Positions 25,101 through 36,149 of a stretch of DNA of 64,000 nt are shown piece by piece. The DNA lies in NCBI RefSeq assembly GCF_001194135.2, contig NC_069001.1:37980914-38044913 (forward strand), given 5' to 3'. The translations under genes were made by a program, and so were the position numbers. The notes beneath the pieces are model-generated. The model worked only from the letters and a program-made list of their open reading frames with translations. It was not told the origin of the DNA and searched no databases. This DNA comes from Octopus bimaculoides (taxonomy: Eukaryota). The first letter of the stretch is position 1. Every line of letters starts with the position of its first letter.

Positions 25101-27830
25101 CTGGATGTTAGTTTGAGCCAGGGCTCGTTTAAGCTGGTCTTTAAAATTGAATTTCGGGCCTCTTCTGGGTCTTGTTCCAATTGCAAGTTCTCCGTAGAGC
25201 ATGATCCTCTACAGATATATATATACGGATATATATATATATATACACACACACACAAAAACAAAATATGAGGTAAGGGAAATAACTCATCAGTTAGTAG
25301 CATGTATTGAATAGCACAGACAAATACAGGCCTACCAAATACCATACAACTTGCATGAACTCTTTTAACTGTTTTACTTGTTTCAGTCACTGGACTGTGG
25401 CTATGCTGGAGCACCACTTTGAAGGGTTATGTGCAAATCAATTCTTGGACTTATTTCAAAACTGGGATTTATTCTATTAGTGTTTTTTGGCTGAACTGTT
25501 TAAGTACTGAGGACATAAACAAACCAACACCGAATACCAAGAGGTGAAAGGGCAGACACAAAGACACACCCACACACAATGAGCTTCCTCACCGTTTCCA
25601 TTTATGAAACTCATTGAGAAGGCATTGGTCAGCCCAGGACCATGGTAGAAGACACTTGACCAAGGTGCCCCATGGCGGGAGTGAACCTGGAACTGCAGGG
25701 TCGAGAAGCAAGCTTCCTAACTACACACAGGCTTCAGTACAGTTTCCATCTGTCAAGCTTCATTCATAGAGTTTTGGCCAAGTTACAGCACAGTGGGATC
25801 GATCTTGGAACGATGTGGTTAATCATGAAACAATTTACCTGTGTTGTTGTTAGCAACAGGTGTGTGTGGCTCCGTCTGGTGGTGAGGATTGGAATAACAT
25901 TCTGTGATGAACATATTCAACTCTCGTAACTGCTTGGCACGCTGGACACATTTTTTGGAAAGTTCCACAGGACAGATCCGGTGCTGTTTGATTTGGTGGA
26001 GGGCCTGCAAAAAAACACAAAGGAAACATTGCTGAATGGTTCCACCATGACCACCACCATTTATATATATAAATAAGAAATAGTGGTACAACAAGGCACC
26101 AATGTTTGCTGGAAATAACAGTCAATAACAATACCATACTCTGTAAAGCTTATATTTGCCAGAATATATTTACATCATCATCATCATCGTCATTTAATGT
26201 CCGCCTTCCATGCTAGCATGGGTTGGACAATTTGACTGGGGACTGGCGAATCAGATGGCTGCACCAGGCTCCAATCTGATTTGGCATAGTTTCTTCAGCT
26301 GGATGCCCTTTCTAACGCCAACCACTCCGAGAGTGTAGTGGGTGCTTTTACATTCCACTAGCACGAGGGCCAGGCAGGCGGTAAATATATTCTGGCAAAG
26401 ATGTATGCGAGCAGCAAGCTTAAAAAATTTTCATCTTGGCAGAACATCATAAAAATGGACAACCCAGAATGGAGAATCTAGTATTGCAATGATATTTAAA
26501 ATTTTTACAGAAACCTTTTCCACTGACCTCAGTTCTGTTAATGGCGTTCAGCCGAATATACTGGCAAGATGTAGTTATATTTTAAAATTTTGTCACTGGT
26601 GAATCCTAGCTGATGAGGACTAATCAAATTTATGATAACAACCTTATTTTGGAAAGTTCGAAATTCAGGTCCTAGACTATCCATTCTAGGTTGTCCATTT
26701 TTACAATGTTCTGCCTAGAGGTGAGACGAAAATTTTTAAAGTTTGCTGCCTGCATACATCTTTGCCAGAATATATTTCAGTGAAGCTTTACATAGAGTCA
26801 GATCATTACTGACTGTTATTTCCAGCAAACACTGGTGCCTTGTCATACCACTACCTTTATTTGGCTGGAAAGTGATATTATTGTATTGCAATGATATTTA
26901 AAATTTATATATATATACACTCTCTCTCTTTACTCATTTACTTGTTTCAGTGATTTTGACTGCGGCCATGCTGGAGCACCGCCTTTAGTCGAGCAAATCG
27001 ACCCCATGACTTATTCTTTGTAAGCCTAGTACTTATTCTATCGGTCTCTTTTGCCGAACCGCTAAGTTACGGGGACGTAAACACACCAGCATCGGTTGAG
27101 CCCCTGGTGCAGCCTTCTGGCTTGCTAGTCCCCAGTCAAACCGTCCAACCCATGTCAGCATGGAAAGTGGACGTTAAACGACGACGATGATAATGATGAT
27201 ACAGTGAATAAATTGTCGTCTAAATTACGCAAAAATGAAAATAACACTGACATCTCACTTTAACAGATATATGTACTGAAATTACATCAAAATATCTTGA
27301 AATACTAAAGAGTAAATTTATTCAATAAAATGCCTCTAAACTACGACACCTTGATTATGAGATAAGGACGTAACATAACTGTAAATCTGTTAAGGATATT
27401 CGCTGCCAGGTTTAGATTGAGCCACGATGTACGTTAGTTTGTATCTGAGTTGTGTACGGCAGGGTGTGGACACGTTGCCGGTTTCAACACTTTTAGTTCT
27501 TTTTGAGACATTTCAGGATCAAACAGGTCAACTTTGTGAACCGGATCGGACACTGAGAATGGATTTTCAATCCGGGACTGAAATGGGGACTGTCCCGATT
27601 GTCCAAGACAAATCGGGACGTATGATGGTAAGTCTAAGATGCTACTCTATACCGTTGTCTCTCTCTCTCTCTTTCTGTGTGTATGACTGTAGCCCGATGA
27701 TTGTAACAAGTAAAAAATAAAAGCTAGAAGAGATATATCGGTGCTATTAATGAAACATAAGATAACAAAAGACACAAGAGTGGCCGTACAATACCTCCTT
27801 GAGTGAGAGAGATAACCAGTGTGTAGTCAT
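11718..27830 (-). CDS. QRSL1: QRSL1/GatA, mitochondrial glutamyl-tRNA(Gln) amidotransferase subunit A; full gene span, 10 coding exons, 1698 nt CDS, 565 aa
   Basis: Exons of 36+166+199+318+176+113+193+118+206+173 nt join in one frame, with GT-AG introns of phases 0,1,2,2,1,0,1,2,1. Amidase-signature motifs are present: FAIKDNF (catalytic Lys), [19 protein letters not shown] (cis-Ser), [17 protein letters not shown] (nucleophile Ser), [29 protein letters not shown]. Confidence 0.97.
12940..13563 (+). mobile_element. CR1/Jockey-like LINE RT relic in QRSL1 intron 9 (antisense to the gene)
   Basis: [16 protein letters not shown] and [23 protein letters not shown]; multiple stops and frameshifts. 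Confidence 0.85.
14503..14760 (+). mobile_element. tRNA-derived SINE family A (representative copy)
   Basis: Head GCGTGGTTGTGTGGTAAG...GGTTCAGTCC. Other copies: ~3080-3220(+), 3250-3660(-), 5855-6062(-), 19497-19660(+), 19675-19887(-), 20355-20700(-), 25365-25730(-), 26925-27098(-), 35340-35590(-), 38095-38480(-), 40565-40770(-), 57905-58110(-). Confidence 0.85.
15765..16600. repeat. Diverged tandem array, ~300-bp unit x ~2.8
   Basis: AA(T/C)TT(G/T)...AAAAGGAA(A)GCTTTAT recurs at ~15851, 16149 and 16449; CTTAAATGTCAAACAATTGTCTCCATAG is identical in units 1 and 2. Confidence 0.85.
17029..17234 (-). CDS. QRSL1: QRSL1 exon 9 ([20 protein letters not shown]...SVNLA)
   Basis: Acceptor ctacag|C, donor G|GTTTTG; VDMLLTP and EDNRTR motifs. 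Confidence 0.95.
18068..18580 (+). mobile_element. SINE family B variant with a different 3' tail (QRSL1 intron 8)
   Basis: Shares head/core with the 33021 copy up to ~18360, then an unrelated ~200-nt tail ending in (CAA)n. The tail recurs inverted at ~9845-9990. Confidence 0.85.
18690..19100 (+). repeat. Degenerate tandem of the 'AGAAATAGCAGC.AAATCT' dispersed repeat
   Basis: About five degenerate units. Related sequence at ~16730-16800, 36240-36670(-) and 52580-52800. Confidence 0.6.
20775..20892 (-). CDS. QRSL1: QRSL1 exon 8 ([38 protein letters not shown])
   Basis: Acceptor tttgcag|GT, donor AG|GTAACA. Confidence 0.97.
21685..21877 (-). CDS. QRSL1: QRSL1 exon 7 ([15 protein letters not shown]...[14 protein letters not shown])
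   Basis: Acceptor ttgcag|GAA, donor G|GTAAGT; VSLPH and SNMARYDG motifs. Confidence 0.97.
22182..22294 (-). CDS. QRSL1: QRSL1 exon 6 ([12 protein letters not shown]...VGIPK)
   Basis: Acceptor tttcag|AT, donor AAG|GTAAAG; G.D..DSTT and GIPK motifs. Confidence 0.95.
22437..22612 (-). CDS. QRSL1: QRSL1 exon 5 ([58 protein letters not shown])
   Basis: Acceptor ccag|G, donor A|GTGAGT; contains the catalytic Ser motif. Confidence 0.98.
22839..23168. mobile_element. MITE-like foldback element in QRSL1 intron 4
   Basis: ~85-90-bp imperfect terminal inverted repeats (GTCACAAAA...GCTGTCT at 22839-22923; AGACAGTGC...TTTGTGAC at 23079-23168); no ORF. Confidence 0.7.
23341..23658 (-). CDS. QRSL1: QRSL1 exon 4 ([15 protein letters not shown]...[22 protein letters not shown])
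   Basis: Acceptor ttcag|G, donor GG|GTAAGA; 318 nt open frame carrying the GGSSGGS motif. Confidence 0.96.
24455..24653 (-). CDS. QRSL1: QRSL1 exon 3 (…[60 protein letters not shown])
   Basis: Acceptor tttcag|AG, donor GG|GTAAGT; canonical amidase motifs. Confidence 0.97.
24845..25207 (-). mobile_element. RTE-type LINE C-terminal relic in QRSL1 intron 2
   Basis: [59 protein letters not shown]..., then [16 protein letters not shown] (terminal zinc-finger-like). Confidence 0.85.
25839..26004 (-). CDS. QRSL1: QRSL1 exon 2 ([35 protein letters not shown]...)
   Basis: Acceptor tttttttgcag|GCC, donor CAG|GTAAAT; 166 nt; GatA N-terminal helix and 'LN.FIT' pattern. Confidence 0.92.
26081..26852. 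mobile_element. MITE-like/foldback element in QRSL1 intron 1, interrupted by a family C repeat
   Basis: Left arm 26081-26150 plus 26381-26481 is the imperfect reverse complement of 26671-26852. Confidence 0.7.
27795..27830 (-). CDS. QRSL1: QRSL1 coding exon 1 ([12 protein letters not shown])
   Basis: ATG at 27830, donor GAG|GTATTG, phase 0 as exon 2 requires. LSLSLKE resembles the short vertebrate first exon MLGRSLRE (recalled). Short exon, so less certain. Confidence 0.75.
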
Positions 27831-28407
27831 TCTTTTAAAAGCGATTTGGAAACAATAATTTCTCTGAAATATTATAATTGTTGTTGTTGAAGAATCGAAA
27901 AAAAATTTCGACCTTGAACATGCTAACCTGGAACCGGTATCAGAGTAAAACTAGTTCTACCGACTTTGTGATCCGGCCATGTCGATAGAGAGAGAGAGAG
28001 AGAGAGAGAGTAGGAAAGAGATATGAGTGATACGAGAGAGAGAGAGAGAGAGAGAGAGAGTAGGAAAGAGAAAAGAGTGATACGAGAGAGAGAGAGAGAA
28101 AGCGGGTGAGAGATATGAGGTTAGAATGAAAGAGAGAAAGAAAAAAAAAACAGGAAGAGAGAGACGGAGAGAGAAAGAAAAAGAGGAACAAAGAGACGGA
28201 GAGAGAGGATTTGGCTGGTAACAAATTTACAGAGTAGATTAATTGTGTCGACACCGCACCAATATAAACTAAACGAAGCCGCCGCACGTTGTTTTATTGT
28301 CTTGTGTTTTGTAAATGATGCCCAGAGCTGCATCTCGGTTGAGGTTTATGGCCTTTCTCAGGATATACTGTATCTTTTAGTGCTCCCGCCACCGCTAACG
28401 ACTGAAT

Positions 28408-28439
<32 letters not shown>

Positions 28440-28440
28440 G
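27831..28440. promoter_or_regulatory. Putative bidirectional promoter/5' UTRs shared by QRSL1 and RTN4IP1
   Basis: ~610 bp between divergent ATGs. CpG-retaining, with GC-box-like CTCCCGCCACC (~28383-28393) and GCCGCCGCACG (~28278-28288), (AG)n arrays and a (CA)n run. TSS positions are unknown. Confidence 0.75.
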
Positions 28441-28750
28441 ATGATGATGTTGAGGATGTCGAAGTTATATAATAACATTTCGTCTTTGAAGCTGTTGTCA
28501 AATAATTTCAAGACTGGGGCGCACGGCAGCAGAGTCACCTTGGTGCAGCAGCTCCTCCAATGCCGCAGCTTTTCTGACGGCGAACAGACCAGCTTCAGCC
28601 ACCGAATGTCGGCATGGAATATCTATTCTTACGGCTGTGACCAGATGACCTTGTCCAAAACCACTCGTGTCCCGTCTGTGTTGGACCCTGGAGATGTGTT
28701 GGTCGACGTCCATGCTGCCAGCGTCAACCCGATTGATGTCATGATGAGAG
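28441..28750 (+). CDS. RTN4IP1: RTN4IP1 exon 1 (presequence ... VHAASVNPIDVMMR)
   Basis: Donor AGAG|GTAAGG, phase 1. Confidence 0.93.
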
Positions 28751-31700
28751 GTAAGGCTGTTTTCGCTGCTTTACCTCGCATTTACACCCATCTCCAACTT
28801 TTCTTCGTGCCAGAATCATTTACCGACCCTAGTTCAAATCCTGTCGGGTTCAACTGCTTTCCATTCGCTCTGAGTTTTATAAAATAGATTACCAGTTTAC
28901 TACCGGAGTTGATTGAAACGACCAACGTCCCGTCCATATCTCCGGCCTTGAGCCCTATATGCTAGAAACAGTTATTATTTTCAAAATGTAGTAAATCGGC
29001 AGAATTGTTAGCGCGTCGGACAAAATGCTTAGCGGTATTTCTTTCGGCTTTTTGCGTTCAGAGTTCAAATTCCACAGAGGTCGACTTTGCCTTTCATCCT
29101 TCAGGGCCAGTTAAATACTTCAAAATCGTTAGATTGGAATTAAAATTAGAAGCAATTATTTTAAAGCGGTGGACTGGCAAAATCGTTAGAGCGCAGAGAA
29201 AATATTTTGTGATATTTGTTCTGGTCCTTTGTGTTGTGAGTTCAAATCCTACGCAGGTTAGCGTTGCCTTTCATCCCCGGCAAAAACAAAATAAATTACA
29301 AGAAGACCGTTGTAGTTCTTTGGGAACATTGTACTACAGAAATAGAATAATGAAGGAAATGAAGAAGACTTCGAGCCATGGAAGTTGAAAAAATCTCGAA
29401 AGGTTCTTCAACTTTCATCTCTTGCATCCACATCATGTCTTCATATCAGTGCTGTTTCTTTTTCTCTTGCCCATATACTCACTGATCTTCAAGTTCTTTT
29501 TCCTGCTTTCATATCCTCAGTTGTACTTTTGACCCTGTAAATTGTCCACTCCAATAACAGCTACCTCTGTTGGGTCTACTCATTGTAACACTCCTCATTC
29601 AGCAATCCTTCATCTAAAAATGTTTCCTCATCTCTTTCCTACCAGCATCAGTGAGTGTAGGTGCATCGCTGTCATTTCAACAGCTCCTTCATTCACCCGA
29701 CACCTTGCTTCTCAACCACGACCCTTCACGTCTCTCTTCCTCTCATCACAGAACGTGGTAAGCCGCTTGTTTTCAGTTCCTCTCCATGAGAGATATTCCT
29801 TACAGTGGACTGAGATGATCGAATGCAGTTTTCTGGACACTGATGATTTGGCTCAGCCAATTATTGGACATTCGGCCAGTGTTGGCTGCAGTACTTTTTG
29901 GTGCTGAAGGCCAACTCCTGCACATATGCATACAGAAATATACACATATAGATAGACAGACAGAAAGATGGAGGGATAGATAGATACATACATAGATGGA
30001 TAGATAGACAGGGAGAAGACCCAGCAAGTAAAGTGAGATCACAGCCATAGCCTACACCAGTGTTGCATAACCAGCCCACATAAAAAGTACCTTAGGATTG
30101 TCAGGTGACATGCTGTGCTTGAGGAAACCTATTGAGTCAAGTAAATCAAAATCAAATGGAAATTGTAATTGTGGCCGATACCAGTGCTCCCTGACTGGCT
30201 TCCGTGCTGGTGTCATGCAATAAGCACCATTCATGTGTGGGTCATTGCCAGTGCCGCCCAACTGGCTCTCATGCTGGTGGCACGTAAAAAGCACCCATTA
30301 CACTCTCGGAGTGGTTGGCGTTAGGAAGGGCATCCGGCTGTAGAAACTCTGCCAGATCAGATTGGAGCCTGGTGTGGCCTCCTGGCTTGCCAGTCCCCAG
30401 TCAAACCATCCAACCCATGCCAGCATGGAAAGCGGATGTTAAACGATGATGATGATGACAGACAGACAGATGGACGGGTGGATGGCTCGACAGACAGGTA
30501 GATGGATAGAAAACATTGCAATTTATTAATTGTACATGATTGATAGAAACACTTTGCCTCTCCTCATTCACTTAAAAAGAAATATGTTTGCACACATAAA
30601 TAGAGGGAAAGAGGAGAAACGGTGAGGGAGGGAAAGAGGAGAGCAAGAGAGAGAGAGGGAGAGAGAGAGAGAGCAAAATATTAAAACATCTGTAATTCCA
30701 AAACGGCCAAAATGTCTCCGACCCGCCTGATTCTTAGCTCCTCTTCCAGCTCTCCTGGCGTTTCCTCTTTCCTATTTATTCCCATTTTCTTCCAGGTCTG
30801 TTCATTATCTGTTATGACCCCCAGGAAAAGACTAACGATTATAATGAATGTTAACCCCAGGTCAGCTTTGTTTTTTGAACAGACATATGATCAAAGACGT
30901 TCCAGGCATGACCAGCCCATTAAAGTTTTATGCAGTCAGTTGTCCTTCTTTTAGGGGTCCACTCATAGATGTCGGTATGTATGTCTAGCAACATCCCTGT
31001 CCCCTAGATGTCAGCAGAACATGTCATTGTGAGTTTTACTTGTTCTTCATTGAAGGTCAGTAAGTGGTCCGAAGTTGAAGTATTTAGTGACCACCCCTGA
31101 TGAGGAAACCCAGTCTATTGTGCCATCGTCTTGTAGGATGTCTCAGTGGTTTGATTCTATTAACAGATGGTTACGGTGAAAAACTCATCAACCTCATCCG
31201 ATGGCAACTTGGCAGCAAGCATTTTGTTGGTTCTGAATTTCCGCTCATTTTGGGACGAGACTTTTCCGGAACTGTTGTCTCCGTTGGAAAGAATGTGACC
31301 AGCTTTCAGCCGGGCGACGAGGTTTGTCTCTTTCATTCATTTATTCTTTCTGTTATCATCATTGTTGTCATCATCATCATCATCACCACCACAACCAACA
31401 CTGCCACCATCATCATTTACCATGATCTTCAGCATCACAGCTACCACCATCATCATCATCATCATTATGACCAACATCATCACTATCATCACGACTAATG
31501 GGTGTGTAAAGGGCTTGTACAGTGCCATATAAAAGCACCCAGTGCCACCCTGTAAAGTGGTTGGAATTAGGAAGGGCATTCAGCCGTAGAAACCATGCCG
31601 AACCAGACTGGATCCTGGGGCAGCTCCCCCAGCTTGCCAGCCTTGGTCAAACCGTCCAGCTCGTGCCAACATGGACAACGGACGTTAAGTGATGACGACG

Positions 31701-31951
31701 ATGATGATGATGCACATTGCTTTTAATTATTCATGCGTCATCTGGTCGCTTTAAGATTTCGATAACATGATTGTATATTTTCAAAATGACATTGTAGGGT
31801 AAGTGTGAGAAGCCAGATCTGGCTAGTTTGAACATAAAAAAAAAGGTCAAATATTTGATCTGGATATGGACGGTTTAAATGCTAAAGGCTTAAAGACAGC
31901 AAGGTATGATTTGAGGGCAATTATACTTGTACACATGAATGTATACTTGCA

Positions 31952-31994
<43 letters not shown>

Positions 31995-34900
31995 GTATGT
32001 GTGTGTGTTTTAAATGAATCTTTCTATTTGTGTTTTTTTCTTTTATTTTCCTTTTTACCCCCTAGGTATGGGGAGTTGTGGGGGCACACAACCAAGGCAG
32101 CCACGCCCAGTTTTGTGTGGCATCAACAAAGGAGGTGAGTTTGAATTAATCATCATCATCATCATCATTATCATCACCAGTGAAACAATGGAGTCAATGT
32201 AATCGACTCATCCCTTCCCCCCGAAATTGCTGGCCTTGTGCCACAATTTGAAATCATTATTATTATTATTCTTTTAACCCCAAATTTTGTTGGAACTCCT
32301 GGAATCTTGCTTGAGTTGTGGCCTTGCTACCTGTTACCTGTGCTTTTCAACTCTCTGATACCTTCCTGATGGTTCTGGCCATGCCAAGGAGTTAAACCTT
32401 TCGCAACGTCTCTCCTGGGTACTCCATTGGAACCATTTCTTTTATATTTCTCTCAATACCCTTCAATATTGTCCCCCAAGGCTACAACAATAACTGGCAC
32501 CATCAGGCTATTTCGTATTTACAAGTCTCCTTTCTTGTCTTCCTTCTTAACAGCCCATGGGACAAATGGGAATGCAACATCAGTCATGGAACACATGTGG
32601 TTTACTTTGTCGTTCGCCACCACCACCACCATGTAGTGGCTGGGCAGAATTGTTAGGGTGTCAGGATGGAGTGTAAAATCGACTTTGCTGAGATTTGAAC
32701 TTAGAATGAAGCAAACCTCGTCAAACATTGTTTTTTTCCGATTCTCTCAGGATTCTGCTATCCATCCTTCCATCGCTCTGTTGACGGAATTGTAAGGTTT
32801 GCTGATAGTTGTTGTTTAACCCGTGGTTCATTCTGACCAATGTCTAGGTCGAGAGGCGTTCCAACCATGACCACACACTGTCAGTTTAGAAGTATATCCA
32901 AGACTTCTTCTTTAGTTGCCATGTTCAGAATGTAGGACGGAGGCGATCATGCCCTACCAGAGTTTTCTGTAGCAGTTCCACATCCGGGTGTTTAATGCCT
33001 CTTTCATCCAACTAGTTCGTGGAGGCGCAATGGCCCAGTGGTTAGGGCAGCGGACTCGCGGTTTCGATTCCCAGACCGGGCGTTGTGAGTGTTTATTGAG
33101 CGAAAACACCTTAAAAGCTCCATGAGGCTCCGGCAGGGGATGGTGGCGAACCCTGCTCTACTCTTCCACCACATCTTTCTCTCACTCTTTCTTCCTGTTT
33201 CTGTTGTGCCTGTAATTCAAAGGGTCAGCCTTGTCACACTCTGTGTCACGCTGAATGTCCCCGAGAACTACGTTAAGGGTACACGTGTCTGTGGAGTGCT
33301 CAGCCACTTACACGTTAATTTCACGAGCAGGCTGTTCCGTTGATCGGATCAACTGGAACCCTCGACGTCGTAAGCGACGGAGTGCCAACAACAACAACAA
33401 CAACAACCAACCAGTTCATTAAGCTTGACATCCAGATCATCCCCCTTCAATCTTTCCAGTCATTGCCCCTTTCTCCAGGCCCTCTTTCCTCATTACATGA
33501 CCAAGAAATCTCAGTTGTTTGGCCCTTCTCTCACCAAGCGGCTTCCTATTCGCTGCGGCCCGGCTCATCACTTCTTCGTTAGTCTCTTAGTCCGTCTATG
33601 CTGTTCTCAATATTCGCCTTAAGAATCGCATTTCACAGCTCTCGTAAAATACATTATCGAATAACACCTTTCTTTATTTACAGTTGTAATTTGTGGCCGG
33701 TTGAGCAACAAGCCAGAGAAGCACTTCCGTTTGGTTTGTGCTGTGTGTGTGTGTAAGCGTATAGAATATATTTATCACAGTTAGTAGATCGGTATTAAAA
33801 ATCGGGGTAAATAACTCTTGCGTTCTTACGATAAAGGAAGATAACTCTTGCGTTCTTACGATAAAGGGAGATAACTCTTGTGACAGTTTGTGAGGGGAAA
33901 GAATTGGTAGTTAAGCCTGGAAAATATATATTGTATATAAACACACACACATACATACATATATGTGTGTGTGTGTGTGTGTGTATATAATGAAAGGATA
34001 TATATTCCGACTAGGTCACTGGCCTGAGTAGAATCGTGTGAGCCCATTGCTATATCAAATGCATTTTCCCTATCTAACTTACTCCATATTTTATATATTC
34101 TAAAACACACACACCCACATCATGCATGCACACACTCAGGTCTAACCATCTATCCATCATCTGTCTGTCTGTCTCTATCTAAGTTTTGAGTGTGTATGTA
34201 TTGTATGTGCTTCTTCTCCCTTGCTCTCCAACCATAACTCTTGCACCTCCTCTTACATCCCCCAGATAATCATATATATATATATATATATATATATANN
34301 NNNNNNNNNNNNNNNNNNNNNNNNNNNNNNNNNNNNNNNNNNNNNNNNNNNNNNNNNNNNNNNNNNNNNNNNNNNNNNNNNNNNNNNNNNNNNNNNNNNN
34401 NNNNNNNNNNNNNNNNNNNNNNNNNNTATATATTATATATGCATATAAATATACATATCTTTATATATCTTTTTATATTATATCTGCATCTATCTCTCTT
34501 TATAATTGATTGTCTTTTTGTGTTAGCTGTGCCACAAACCCTCCACTCTCACTCACATTGAGGCTGCTTCTCTGCCTTACGTGGCACTCACAGCTTGGAG
34601 TGCCCTGTGTTCTGTTGGAGAAATCACTCAGCAAAAAGCACCAAACTTGAGGTAAGTCCTTCACTCAACATCATCTGCGTGTTTTTTGTGTTTGTTTTTA
34701 TTTCACAGGATCTCTTGTTGTTTTTGTTGTTGTTGTGTAGCCATGGGCTGACTCTGGTTAGAGTAACATCTATGGGACATAACTTGGTTAGTTCATCAAT
34801 AGTTGAAGGGCAGAGGCTTGATTAATTGATCCACAGATTTATAGTAGATAAGTGATTAGTTAATCCACTTGTCTATGGAACATTGGGGATCAGTTGATCC

Positions 34901-36103
34901 AAGGGTACATTAGATAATAGAGACCTAGATACACAATGCTCTTTGAAAAAAAGGCAGACTTGATGTTCCCAGCATCACTAACCTTTGATCATGGTTGCGC
35001 TTGATCTGGGCTGACCTAGGGTTAAATGCTTCTATCACCACCACCACTACCAACAACAACAACAACACCAGCAACAACATTCAGTTGTATTTCTTTATCT
35101 TTTCCAGAGTCTTTATTCAAGCTGGTTCTGGTGGAATTGGAACTTTTGCTGTTCAGGTTGGTTTAAACAGAATTTTGTTTTTGTTTTAATATAGTTCAGT
35201 TGTGTGTGTGTGTGTTCATATTCCTGTTTTTTCTTTTTCTTTGTGTCGCACGCCTGTGACATCAGACTAGTATAGCAACATAAGTTTATAGATACAAAGG
35301 AAATGTCAAACATATCTCATCATACTGTACAGTGATGTACACTAAGTGACGGAGGTGTAAACGCACCAACATAGGTTGTCAAGCGATGGTGGGGGACAAA
35401 AACACAGACAAACACACATACACATATATGTATATATACGACAGGCTTCTTTCAGTTTCCGTCTACCAAATCAACTCACAAGACTTTGGTCAGCCCAAGA
35501 CTACTGTCGAAGATACTTGCTCAAGGTGCCATGCAGTGGGACTGAACCTAGAACCTTATAGTTTGGAAGCAAGCTTCTTACCATGCAGCCATCCCCCCCC
35601 CCACATGTATATTTGTCATGTAACCCTCCTTTGTTCTTCCAGCTGATGTCAGCATGGGGTGCCCATGTGACATCAACATGCAGTACAGATGCCATTGACC
35701 TTGTGAGGTCACTTGGAGCCAATGTGGTCATCGATTATAAAACACAGAATGAAGAAGACGAACTGAGACAGATGGATGGGTGAGTTCATTATTCTTTTGT
35801 CCTTCTTTTCTCATTCTGTCTCATTTCTCTCTCTCTCTCCCCTCACAATTTTTTTGTCATCTCCCCCTTCTACTCACTCTTCTTCCTCTTCCTTTTCAGC
35901 TTTCACCTTTACCTTGATGTTCTTGGTAAGAAGCCGTCTCGGAATGTCTTGAAGAATTGGTGCAATGCCAAGTATGTGACAATAAAGACGCCATTCCTTG
36001 AAGACACAGACACCCATGGTGTACCTGCTGGCTTCCTCCGCTCGGCCGGTTCCCTTGGCTGTAACATTCTCGAGGTTTGTCAATGCTAATTGGTGATGGT
36101 GCC

Positions 36104-36149
<46 letters not shown>

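Noticed and set aside
26610-26630. CTGATGAG as a hammerhead core
   Set aside because: No downstream GAAA or closing stems.
27427-27720. 97-aa plus-strand ORF upstream of RTN4IP1
   Set aside because: Lies antisense within QRSL1 intron 1; no homology signal and not needed for either gene model.
33021-33080. tRNA-like heads here and at 14503, 44036, 60769, 29000
   Set aside because: They continue into SINE bodies with tails and TSDs and lack a complete cloverleaf, so they are not tRNA genes.
36107-36149. 43-nt poly-T near the RTN4IP1 exon 7 donor
   Set aside because: No associated retrocopy body or TSD seen; treated as a homopolymer expansion.
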